Below, in pieces: positions 17,811 to 25,823 of a stretch of 32,000 bases of DNA. The stretch is from an uncultured Oscillatoriaceae bacterium (GTDB taxonomy: Bacteria; Cyanobacteriota; Cyanobacteriia; Cyanobacteriales; Laspinemataceae): contig CBFGOM010000008.1 in assembly GCA_965650385.1 (NCBI GenBank), forward strand, positions 12,849-44,848, read 5' to 3'. A program made the position numbers and the translations under genes. How positions within the stretch are numbered: the first letter of the stretch is position 1; each line of letters opens with the position of its first letter. A model generated the notes under the pieces. The model saw nothing but the letters and a program-made list of their open reading frames with translations, did no database searches and had not been told where the DNA came from.

Positions 17811-18773
17811 ATGAGCCAATCCCTAAAAGCTAGAGTTTATCAAATTCTCGAATCTTCGGACCCGACGGATTTATTAAGCCGAGTTGATGACTGGGCGGTG
17901 AGCCTGTTAGTGGTTTTAGACGTCACCGCTTTTATTTTGGAAACTTCAGCATTTATTTCCTCTAATTTTAAGTTATTTGTCAATGAAATCGAACTGGTAG
18001 CCGTAGCCTGCTTTACTTTATTATATATTATCCAAATTTGGTGCTGTACCGTCGATCCGCGATATGCTCATCCGGTATGGGGACGATTGCGCTATGCTAT
18101 GACACCGTTAGTGGTGATTGATTTAATGGCGATCTTGCCCTTTTATTTGATGTCATTATTTCCTCTAATTAAGTCAATAAAGTTTGCTAATGTTTTTCGA
18201 TTGTTGCGTCTGCTTAAATTAATTCGATATTCGGAAGCCCTCCAAACTATTTTACGGGTGATTGATTCTAAAAAAAATGAATTAGTCATGACGTTGTTTA
18301 CCGTATTTATTTTACTAATTTTTGCCTCAAGTTTGATGTTCTTTGCCGAAAGTCAGGAACAACCGGAGGCGTTTCCGAGTATTCCAGCAGCGATGTGGTG
18401 GGGAGTGGTAACGTTAACCACAGTAGGATATGGGGATGTGTATCCGGTAACACCTTTGGGTAAGTTATTTGGGGCAACTCTAGCCTTTATTGGGATTGGA
18501 TTGTTTGCATTACCTGCGGGGATTGTTGCGGCTGGATTTTCGGAGGAATTGCAACGAAAAAAGATAGTAGAGATAACAAGTCCTAATCTATCTCCTTGGG
18601 AAGATGCGGAATGGGTGGCGATCGCCCATCATGTTGACCGCTCATCGGATCTGATGAAAACTTGTATTGAAATGGCAAAAACTAAATTCGGAGATAGTTT
18701 CGAGAATGAAGAACTCATCCGAGATTTAGCCTTGTCTTTGTATGAAGAAGCTGCCCAAAAGTTTAAATTATAA
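17811..18773 (+). CDS. Voltage-gated-type potassium channel / ion transporter
   Basis: Six TM pattern, S4-like RLLRLLKLIRYSEALQTILRVI, selectivity filter TLTTVGYGDVYPVTPLG. Confidence 0.93.
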   Translation: MSQSLKARVYQILESSDPTDLLSRVDDWAVSLLVVLDVTAFILETSAFISSNFKLFVNEIELVAVACFTLLYIIQIWCCTVDPRYAHPVWGRLRYAMTPLVVIDLMAILPFYLMSLFPLIKSIKFANVFRLLRLLKLIRYSEALQTILRVIDSKKNELVMTLFTVFILLIFASSLMFFAESQEQPEAFPSIPAAMWWGVVTLTTVGYGDVYPVTPLGKLFGATLAFIGIGLFALPAGIVAAGFSEELQRKKIVEITSPNLSPWEDAEWVAIAHHVDRSSDLMKTCIEMAKTKFGDSFENEELIRDLALSLYEEAAQKFKL

Positions 18774-19544
18774 ACCCCCGGAAGATAACCAGAATTCCGC
18801 CGCCATAAACGTCCCGGCAAGTCCCAAGACTAGTCCTAAACCCATGACATCTTTGAGTTGCCAAGGCTGACTCTGGGATAAAACCATTTTTTGACCATAA
18901 CCTCGCAATCGCATCGCCTGATAAATCCGTTCTGATTGTTCATAACTTTGGACTAAAAGTGTTCCGGCAACTGAGGCAAAGGTTTGTAAAGCGCGGGGGG
19001 TGAGACGGGTGCGTTTAAACCCTCGCAAGCGCATGGCAGATTGCATCGTATGCAGGCGATCGCCGAGTTCAAATAAATACCGATAAAACAGCACCATCAT
19101 ATCGGTTAAAATTGGAGATAATCCTAGGGAACGTATGGTTTGAATGGTGGTTAAAAAAGAAGCGGTTCCAAATAAAACTAAAGACAGAGTAATAATTGCT
19201 AAAAACCGACTAGCAACACCAATCATTGTCATGATTCCTTCTTGATAAAGAGCGAGGGGACCGAGTTTAAGTAACACTGTTTGTCCAGAAATAAAGGGCA
19301 AAAATCCCACCACTCCTAGTAAAAATAATCCCGGGTAGCGCAACCGCCTCCGCCAGTAAGAAATTGGCAGGTGAGACAGGGCATAAATGGCTGCACTCAC
19401 ACCTAACATGGGCAGAATTAATCGCTGATCCCGTACCATCGCAAAGGCAAAAATTAATCCCATCAACCCCATTAATTTACATCGGGGTTCCCATTGATGT
19501 AAGGGGGATTGTAAATGAGCATAATCGTCTAATCCAAATTTCAT
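18768..19544 (-). CDS. cbiQ: Energy-coupling factor Co/Ni transporter transmembrane (T) component
   Basis: MKFGLDDYAHLQSPLHQWEPRCKLMGL...; SAMRLRGF and AMRLRGYG are characteristic T-component motifs. Confidence 0.92.
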   Translation of the reverse strand: MKFGLDDYAHLQSPLHQWEPRCKLMGLMGLIFAFAMVRDQRLILPMLGVSAAIYALSHLPISYWRRRLRYPGLFLLGVVGFLPFISGQTVLLKLGPLALYQEGIMTMIGVASRFLAIITLSLVLFGTASFLTTIQTIRSLGLSPILTDMMVLFYRYLFELGDRLHTMQSAMRLRGFKRTRLTPRALQTFASVAGTLLVQSYEQSERIYQAMRLRGYGQKMVLSQSQPWQLKDVMGLGLVLGLAGTFMAAEFWLSSGGL

Positions 19545-19634
19545 TTTTGTTCCTTTATCATTAGCTTTAATCGTAAATTTTAGGGTTGAATAGGTCACAA
19601 AACCGCAGACTAAAGCCTGGGTGGTTTAATTAAA

Positions 19635-20276
19635 TTAATCCCTGATTAGTTCGGGTTTGACGCGATTGAGAAACAGGACTAACATCGCGGTAAATATCCC
19701 TTCAATGAGCATCAAAGGCAGGTGAGCTAACATCAGTCCATAAATGGCATTTCTTTCCGTTGTCACATCTAATTCTGCCGGGATGGTGGTGATGATAAGA
19801 ATGAAAAAGATAGCCGCTGCGAATCCTAAGCCGATGCCACCGGCTAGGAAGGCAAATAAACCGAGGGTAACGTTTTCCCATCGGGTTTTAAACCAATGGC
19901 GCATCTGAAAGACTTGGTACGCAATTAAGGCGGGAATTCCCATCAGGATGGCATTCACTCCCAGAGTCGTTAGACCTCCATGACCGAACATAATGGCTTG
20001 GAAAAATAACCCAATGAGGATGGCAGGAAAAGCATAATACCCGAGGACAGTGCCTAAAAGTCCATTAAGAACTAAGTGCACGCTAACCGGAGGGACGGGG
20101 ATATGAATCCAAGAAGCGACGAAAAATGCTGCGGTGAGTAAGGAAGCTTTGGGAATTTGGGCTTGGGGATTGCGATCGCGATTAATTTGGCGCAGGGAAT
20201 ACCAAGTAGCGGCCCCAGTTGCGCCATAACCAGCGATACAAACACTAGCGGGCAGAATACCATCGGGAATATGCAT
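19635..20276 (-). CDS. cbiM: Energy-coupling factor Co/Ni transporter substrate-binding membrane component
   Basis: Begins MHIPDGILPASVCIAGYG, the CbiM/NikM N-terminus; LVLNGLLGTVLGYYAFPAILIGLFFQAIMFGHGGLTTLGVNAILMGIPAL. Start corrected from TTG 20285 to ATG 20276. Confidence 0.95.
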   Translation of the reverse strand: MHIPDGILPASVCIAGYGATGAATWYSLRQINRDRNPQAQIPKASLLTAAFFVASWIHIPVPPVSVHLVLNGLLGTVLGYYAFPAILIGLFFQAIMFGHGGLTTLGVNAILMGIPALIAYQVFQMRHWFKTRWENVTLGLFAFLAGGIGLGFAAAIFFILIITTIPAELDVTTERNAIYGLMLAHLPLMLIEGIFTAMLVLFLNRVKPELIRD

Positions 20277-20337
20277 TGAATTCAATCAAAACGAGAGAAT
20301 ACCAGAAGGGTGAATTTATATTAAGGGAGAGATTTAA

Positions 20338-20922
20338 TTAGGCAACAGAATCTTCTTCTTTGCCAGGGCCGCTTCGCGAATCGCCATTAAACCGAGAAAA
20401 AAACAGGGCAGTTCCCACAAATCCCCAGACTCCGGAGGCGATCGCCAAGCCAGTTGGCAGGGGGTTAACCGAGGGACTGGGGGAACTCAGGGTCTTAGAA
20501 CTGGGGGCCACCTGGGGACCCCCGGTAGCATTGGGAGGGGCGACTGCTGCCTCGGGGGGAGGTTCTGGGGCGATCGCTACATTCATGATGGCCCCATGAC
20601 CCGCTTGCCGGACTCGAACAGCCCAATTTCCCGGGCGGGAGGCATCCGGGGCAAACAAAAACCGCCCATTTTTGTCGGCAGTCCCTTGGATCCACGGTGT
20701 TTCTGGGTCTGTGGGGGCATAAACGGTGATTTGGGCATTGGCGATCGGGTCGCCATTATCATAGAAAGCTTGGACCTCTATGGCTTCTAAGGTTTGATGA
20801 GTCAGTTGAACCCCGTGGGCGATCGCCGCCAAAGGAGTCCCCAGGGTCCAAGCGAAAAGCCCACTGGCAAACGCCCAGAGGACTGCCTGTGCAGCAGTTG
20901 GGGTAATTGGTCGATTAAGCAT
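20338..20922 (-). CDS. Exported membrane-anchored protein with carboxypeptidase-regulatory/DUF4198-like domain, NikK-like
   Basis: Signal-like segment ending ...LAAIAHGVQLTH, beta-rich domain IANAQITVYAPTDPETPWIQGTADKNGRFLFAPDASRPGNWAVRVRQAGHG, C-terminal TM; directly upstream of cbiM. Confidence 0.7.
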   Translation of the reverse strand: MLNRPITPTAAQAVLWAFASGLFAWTLGTPLAAIAHGVQLTHQTLEAIEVQAFYDNGDPIANAQITVYAPTDPETPWIQGTADKNGRFLFAPDASRPGNWAVRVRQAGHGAIMNVAIAPEPPPEAAVAPPNATGGPQVAPSSKTLSSPSPSVNPLPTGLAIASGVWGFVGTALFFSRFNGDSRSGPGKEEDSVA

Positions 20923-20985
20923 AGTAAATTTTTGATCCCTGAGTTAGGTATTTCCCCTGCCACAATGGCGGGGTCGGGCTGTCTA

Positions 20986-21861
20986 TCATGATGACGTAGA
21001 TTCCTGACAATGACCTTCTCCAACATGACCGAGAGAGGGGAGGAGGGTTTGCAGGGTTTGATACTCTGCTGGGGTAAGGGCTTGTTGGAGTTCAGCAGCG
21101 CTTAGATTGACTTGATCCCCGGAGGCTAAAGCGGCGATCGGTTCAAATCCCAGGGCGTTGACATTCAGTTCATCATCCGCCGGTGCATCGACATCACCAA
21201 ACAGGTGATCAAAATGGAAGGTGGCTTCTACTTGACCCTGACTGCCGGGGGAAACCATGCCTTTGCGTTCATCCCCGACGAACTCGCCGCAAGTGAAGGT
21301 CATTTCGCGATCGAGTTTGAGGACAAAAGCGATCGTTTGTCCATCTTTTTGCGCCGTTCCATCTAGGATTAAGCTGTAGCCTACGGCAGGGCCTTCGATA
21401 CCTTTGACCATTTTCCAAGAGAGAGCATTGTACTGACCCGGAGGTGCAGGAACTGCCGCTAGAACTGGGGTGGGGTTTTCTGGAGTGGCGGTCAAGTCTA
21501 CAGTTTTCACCCCATCCAGTTGGACTTGTTGCTTGGGGTTAAGCTGACTATCGCGTTCCGGATTGTAGGGGGGGTCGGTTTGGTAGGCAATGACTTCCGC
21601 GAGGTTGACGTAAACGTGATTAAAGCTGATTTCCCAACCGTCTTTGGAGGTAAAGCCATTTCGCACGAAATCCTCACCGTTGGCGACGATTTGGAGTGTT
21701 CCGGTTTCTCCAGAGGCGGTTTCGGGTTCAACAGTGGCGGCGGATTCTAGGGGGACGGGTTCGGGGGTTGAGGTGATTGGGGGGTCATCTCGCTCACACC
21801 CCAGAAGTAAGGGGGGGACGACTCCGGCTAGGAGGGTGAGAATAATTAAATTTTTCTTCAT
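20986..21861 (-). CDS. Lipoprotein of unknown function, first gene of the Co/Ni transporter locus
   Basis: Lipobox LLLGCERDD; 291 aa, central beta-rich region, C-terminal LPSLGHVGEGHCQE; same strand and close spacing with the NikK-like gene. Confidence 0.6.
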   Translation of the reverse strand: MKKNLIILTLLAGVVPPLLLGCERDDPPITSTPEPVPLESAATVEPETASGETGTLQIVANGEDFVRNGFTSKDGWEISFNHVYVNLAEVIAYQTDPPYNPERDSQLNPKQQVQLDGVKTVDLTATPENPTPVLAAVPAPPGQYNALSWKMVKGIEGPAVGYSLILDGTAQKDGQTIAFVLKLDREMTFTCGEFVGDERKGMVSPGSQGQVEATFHFDHLFGDVDAPADDELNVNALGFEPIAALASGDQVNLSAAELQQALTPAEYQTLQTLLPSLGHVGEGHCQESTSS

Positions 21862-22449
21862 TTTTTTTAGGGTTTAAGGGAGGATTGCTTGAGGCGATCG
21901 CCACACCCTGAGTCGGAATATTGGTGAGGTTTCTCCGGATTGAGGACAGATTGCGATCGCTCTAATATCAATAGGAAAGCGCGTTTTTGAAAACTTGACA
22001 ATGCCCTCCTAGGGGATGAGATTCTGAATCTAAAGACAGCATTTAAAGGCTGGAAAGGCTATTGAGCAAGGGATTGACCTTGAGACTTTTCTACCTTTGA
22101 GGTCGCTAAAATTTGGAAAATTTTTCTCTCAGTTTCTGGACAAGTAAGGAAACCTTAATTTTTCTTGAAACTCTGGGCAACCCGATCGCAATTGTGCCAT
22201 CGGATTTAGGGTAAAATTGGCAATGGGCTTAAATAATCCATCCCTAGGAGGATTAAGTTTTTTAGGCAGTTTGATACCTCCATTGACGCTCAAAAAATCC
22301 AAGCGGGGTCCCGTTGCGATCGCCCGCTACTTTGGGCTATAACTCTGAATTATTGCAGGTTGGTAATTGTGGAAAGTATCAAGAACAAATAAACCATCAT
22401 AGCCGGGGAATCCCTACTTGATAATTGCCTCCAAAAAATGCTCAAATAA

Positions 22450-22914
22450 TTGAACCCATCTGAAACCCTCGAAAACGACATGAAAGACCTTGACCTCCCA
22501 AAAACCATTGACTTGCTCAATACCATCATGGAATTTGAGCTCGCTGGTGTGGTCCGCTATACTCATTATTCTCTGATGGTAACCGGACCCAATCGGATTC
22601 CGATCGTCAGCTTTTTTCAAGCCCAAGCGGCAGAATCCCTCACCCATGCTCAACAAGTGGGAGAAATTATCACCGGGTTAGAAGGACATCCTAGCCTCAG
22701 AATTGCACCCATTGAAGAAAGCGATCGCCATTCCGTCCGCGACATTTTAGAGGAAAGTCTCAACCACGAGAAAAGAGCCCTCGATATGTACAAAGAATTG
22801 CTCCATACTGTTGAAAATGCCAGCGTGTATTTGGAAGAATTTGCCCGGACTCAAATTGGACAAGAAGAAATGCACAACATAGAAATTAAAAAAATGTTGC
22901 GGGATTTTATCTAA
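22450..22914 (+). CDS. Bacterioferritin/ferritin-like protein, copy 1
   Basis: MEFELAGVVRYTHYSLMVTG...AAESLTHAQQVGEIITGLEG...EESLNHEKRALDMYKELL...GQEEMHNIEIKKMLRDF, four-helix ferritin-like layout. Confidence 0.88.
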   Translation: MNPSETLENDMKDLDLPKTIDLLNTIMEFELAGVVRYTHYSLMVTGPNRIPIVSFFQAQAAESLTHAQQVGEIITGLEGHPSLRIAPIEESDRHSVRDILEESLNHEKRALDMYKELLHTVENASVYLEEFARTQIGQEEMHNIEIKKMLRDFI

Positions 22915-22960
22915 ATTCGGTCTAAGCAGCGATCGCTTTTCTCAATCTCATCAGCTTTAA

Positions 22961-23012
22961 CCCGCACCACCTTGAGGAGTCTTCCTCCCTCCATCCGGTG
23001 GTGCAACCGGGC
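22961..23012 (+). promoter_or_regulatory. Candidate structured element between the two ferritin-like genes
   Basis: CCC..GCACCACC (22964-22971) pairs with GGTGGTGC (22997-23004) and outer CCC/GGG; inner GAGGAG/CTCC may extend it. Confidence 0.45.
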
Positions 23013-23102
23013 TAAACTATTCCCTTTTATCCTTGCTCCAATTTAAACAACCGAGGCTTTAATAGTGAGGTCATCTGTTGGCTGACTCGAAGAACTAAAA
23101 AC

Positions 23103-23537
23103 ATGAAAGAACTAAACCTGAACAAAACCATTGAATTATTGAATAGTAGCATGGAGTTTGAACTAGCTGGTGTAGTGCGCTATACCCACTATTCCCTCAT
23201 GGTAACGGGACCGAATCGGATTCCCATCGTCACTTTTTTTCAAGCCCAAGCCACCGAATCTTTGAATTTTGCTCAACAAATTGGAGAAATTATCACCGGG
23301 TTAGAAGGACATCCCAGCCTGCGAATTTCCAACATGGACGAAAGCCACACCCATTCGGTGAGAACGATTGTCGAAGAAAGTATTAATCATGAAAAAAAAG
23401 GATTGCAGGGGTATAGAAGTTTATTGGATACCGTCAGTAATAGCAGTATCTATTTAGAAAAGTTTACTCGCAAGATGGTTGCTTCCTCGGAAATTAATAT
23501 CATTGAGTTAAAAAAGATGCTGCGAGATATGACTTAA
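23103..23537 (+). CDS. Bacterioferritin/ferritin-like protein, divergent copy 2
   Basis: High similarity to copy 1 (MEFELAGVVRYTHYSLMVTGPNRIPIVTFFQAQATESLNFAQQIGEIITGLEGHPSLRI) but with loss of candidate metal ligands (see findings). Confidence 0.85.
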   Translation: MKELNLNKTIELLNSSMEFELAGVVRYTHYSLMVTGPNRIPIVTFFQAQATESLNFAQQIGEIITGLEGHPSLRISNMDESHTHSVRTIVEESINHEKKGLQGYRSLLDTVSNSSIYLEKFTRKMVASSEINIIELKKMLRDMT

Positions 23538-23721
23538 ATGAGTCAATTAACCCTGGATGCGCTCTAATATTTTAGACTAACCTCTCGGGCGAAACTACCA
23601 ATTCCACCTCTCCTAATCAAGAAAATTTACCAAGATGAGTCAAGGAAAGCCTCTCTCATTCTACAAGATTTTTAAATTTTAACTTGGAGTTTGACAACCC
23701 TATTTTATTCGATTTATAACT

Positions 23722-24717
23722 ATGGAAATCAGCGCCGCATTACCAACCTTTTTAATTACATTACGGGAGGGAGTAGAAGCCGCTTTAGTGGTGGGAATTG
23801 TGTTAGCTTGTTTGAAAAAAGCTCAACAAAGTCAGCTTAATCCTTGGGTATACGCTGGAGTCGGAACAGGAATTATTGCGAGTGGACTAGTGGGAATTCT
23901 GTTCGGAGGAATTCTGCAAGCCGTGGGACAGTCCGATTGGCAGTATGCACCGGCGATCGCACCGAGTCTAAAAGCCGGATTTTGTCTGATTGCGATCGCC
24001 ATGCTGAGTTGGATGTTAATTTGGATGACGAAACAAGCCAAATCCCTCAAAGGCGAAGTAGAAGGGGCTGTAAACGCTGCTTTATTGGAAAAAAAGACTT
24101 CCTCTAAACCCCTAGAAAAACCCCGCGAAAACTCACAGAATTCCCTACAATATCAGGCGGGTTGGGGCGTATTTACCCTGATTTTTATCGCCGTTCTCCG
24201 AGAAGGATTTGAAACCGTCGTGTTTATTTTAGCACAATTTGAGCAAGGTTGGACTCCGGTATTAGGGGCTTTTTCTGGATTAATAGGGGCTGTTGTAATT
24301 GGCACTCTGCTATTTAAATGGGGCGTAAAAATTAACCTCCGCCTCTTCTTTCAAATGATGGGAGTGTTATTACTGTTAATCGTTTCCGGATTAGTCATTT
24401 CGGCCCTAAAAAATGCTAATCTAGCGGTGATAGAATTCAGCGCGATCGCCCCTCAGTTTGCCAGTTGGTGTCCTACCGGGACCGATTCCTGTATTTTAGG
24501 ACCCCAAGTATGGGATGCCACTCAAATTCTCCCAGATAACCGCTTTCCCGGGGTGGTGTTAAAAGCCTTATTTGGATACCGATCGCAACTGTATCTCGTT
24601 CAAGCCATCGCCTATCTAGTCTTTTTATTCACCGCAGGAGGCTTATATTTTCAAAGTATTACCGGAAAGGAAACTGGAATAAAAGGTTCTGAAAGTAAGA
24701 GAGGGTTAAGTCATTGA
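23722..24717 (+). CDS. FTR1/EfeU-family iron permease
   Basis: LITLREGVEAALVVGIVLACL and IAVLREGFETVVFIL: the two REGxE motifs of FTR1/EfeU in a multi-TM protein. Confidence 0.93.
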   Translation: MEISAALPTFLITLREGVEAALVVGIVLACLKKAQQSQLNPWVYAGVGTGIIASGLVGILFGGILQAVGQSDWQYAPAIAPSLKAGFCLIAIAMLSWMLIWMTKQAKSLKGEVEGAVNAALLEKKTSSKPLEKPRENSQNSLQYQAGWGVFTLIFIAVLREGFETVVFILAQFEQGWTPVLGAFSGLIGAVVIGTLLFKWGVKINLRLFFQMMGVLLLLIVSGLVISALKNANLAVIEFSAIAPQFASWCPTGTDSCILGPQVWDATQILPDNRFPGVVLKALFGYRSQLYLVQAIAYLVFLFTAGGLYFQSITGKETGIKGSESKRGLSH

Positions 24718-25520
24718 AACAAGCTAAAGTCAAACAGTTATTCTCCTATCCCATTAAGGGATTAACACCCCATCCAATCCAGGCTGTCACCCTAGAAGAA
24801 AACAGGGGTATTCGAGGCGATCGCGCTTTTGCTTTGATGTTTTTAGACAACAGAGAAACTCCACCTGAAACCCTCGTTCCTTGGATGAGTAAAGGACATT
24901 TTGCTGTACAAAATGACTGGCCGAAATTGGCAAAACTCCAGTGCTTATATGAACCAAAAAGTGACTGTTTAACCCTTCGCTATCAAGGAGTAACTCTCCT
25001 GGAAGCTGCAACAGAAACTCCAGCCGAACGCGATCGCATCAGTGCCTTTTTTACTGGATTTCTCGCCGATGCCGAACCCACCCCAGAAGCCCGACATCCT
25101 CAGTATTCCCCCTTACAATTAGTCGGAAGTCGCAGTGGAGAAACCCGCTATCCTGATCGTGCACCTGTACATATTTCTCTGATGAGTCAAGCCACTTTAG
25201 ATGAGTTAAGTGAAGCTTGTGGAACCTTAGTGGATGTGCGACGATTTCGACCGAATATCTTACTAGAAGAAACAGTACCTTGGGAAGAATTTAATGGAAT
25301 TGGAGAAGAATTTTATTTAGGAGAAGCAAAGATTGTGATTACGGCTAAAATTGGACGCTGTGCAAATATTGAAGTTGATCCCGACAATGGCGATCGCAAT
25401 TTAAACTTATTATCGGTTCTGAAAAATCGCTATGGTCATTTACAAACCGGGGTCCTAGCTAAAATTATTACACCAGGTTCCGTGAAAATCGGCGATCGGC
25501 TTACCGTAGTAGGCAGCTAG
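24714..25520 (+). CDS. MOSC domain-containing protein (MOSC N-terminal beta-barrel plus MOSC)
   Basis: VKQLFSYPIKGLTPHPIQAVTLEENRGIRGDRAFALMF ... FRPNILLEETVPWEEFNGIGEEFYLGEAKIVITAKIGRCANIEVDPDNGDRNLNLLSVLKNRYG. TTG start overlaps the FTR1 stop by 4 nt (TTGA). Confidence 0.92.
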   Translation: MKQAKVKQLFSYPIKGLTPHPIQAVTLEENRGIRGDRAFALMFLDNRETPPETLVPWMSKGHFAVQNDWPKLAKLQCLYEPKSDCLTLRYQGVTLLEAATETPAERDRISAFFTGFLADAEPTPEARHPQYSPLQLVGSRSGETRYPDRAPVHISLMSQATLDELSEACGTLVDVRRFRPNILLEETVPWEEFNGIGEEFYLGEAKIVITAKIGRCANIEVDPDNGDRNLNLLSVLKNRYGHLQTGVLAKIITPGSVKIGDRLTVVGS

Positions 25521-25823
25521 GAAATTGGATAGTTATACAACTTTCTAAAGGGAGAACCCTTAGTTTCCCCCTTGCCTCCGTAACCGAGATACTTTGTTCT
25601 GCACTGGCGATCGCACAGATGCGTCAATATTACCAACCCTTGGCACTTAGAGGCATCAGAGAACATCTTCTCCCACCGGCGGGGCGATCGGTAGCTTGTG
25701 AGGGATTCGAGTTTTTAAAATTAAATCTCGACCCCCACAGACGCCGATATTGCCACGACGAAATTCAAAGTGAGAGGGTTAATCAAGCCCAAGAGTGCAA
25801 ATTCCTGATAATTCTAACCCTCC

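Noticed and set aside
21862-22449. Possible cobalamin or NiCo riboswitch upstream of the Co/Ni transporter locus
   Set aside because: By eye I could not find a B12 box or a convincing NiCo aptamer core on the minus strand. A cmsearch against the Rfam Cobalamin and NiCo models over 21862-22449 would decide.
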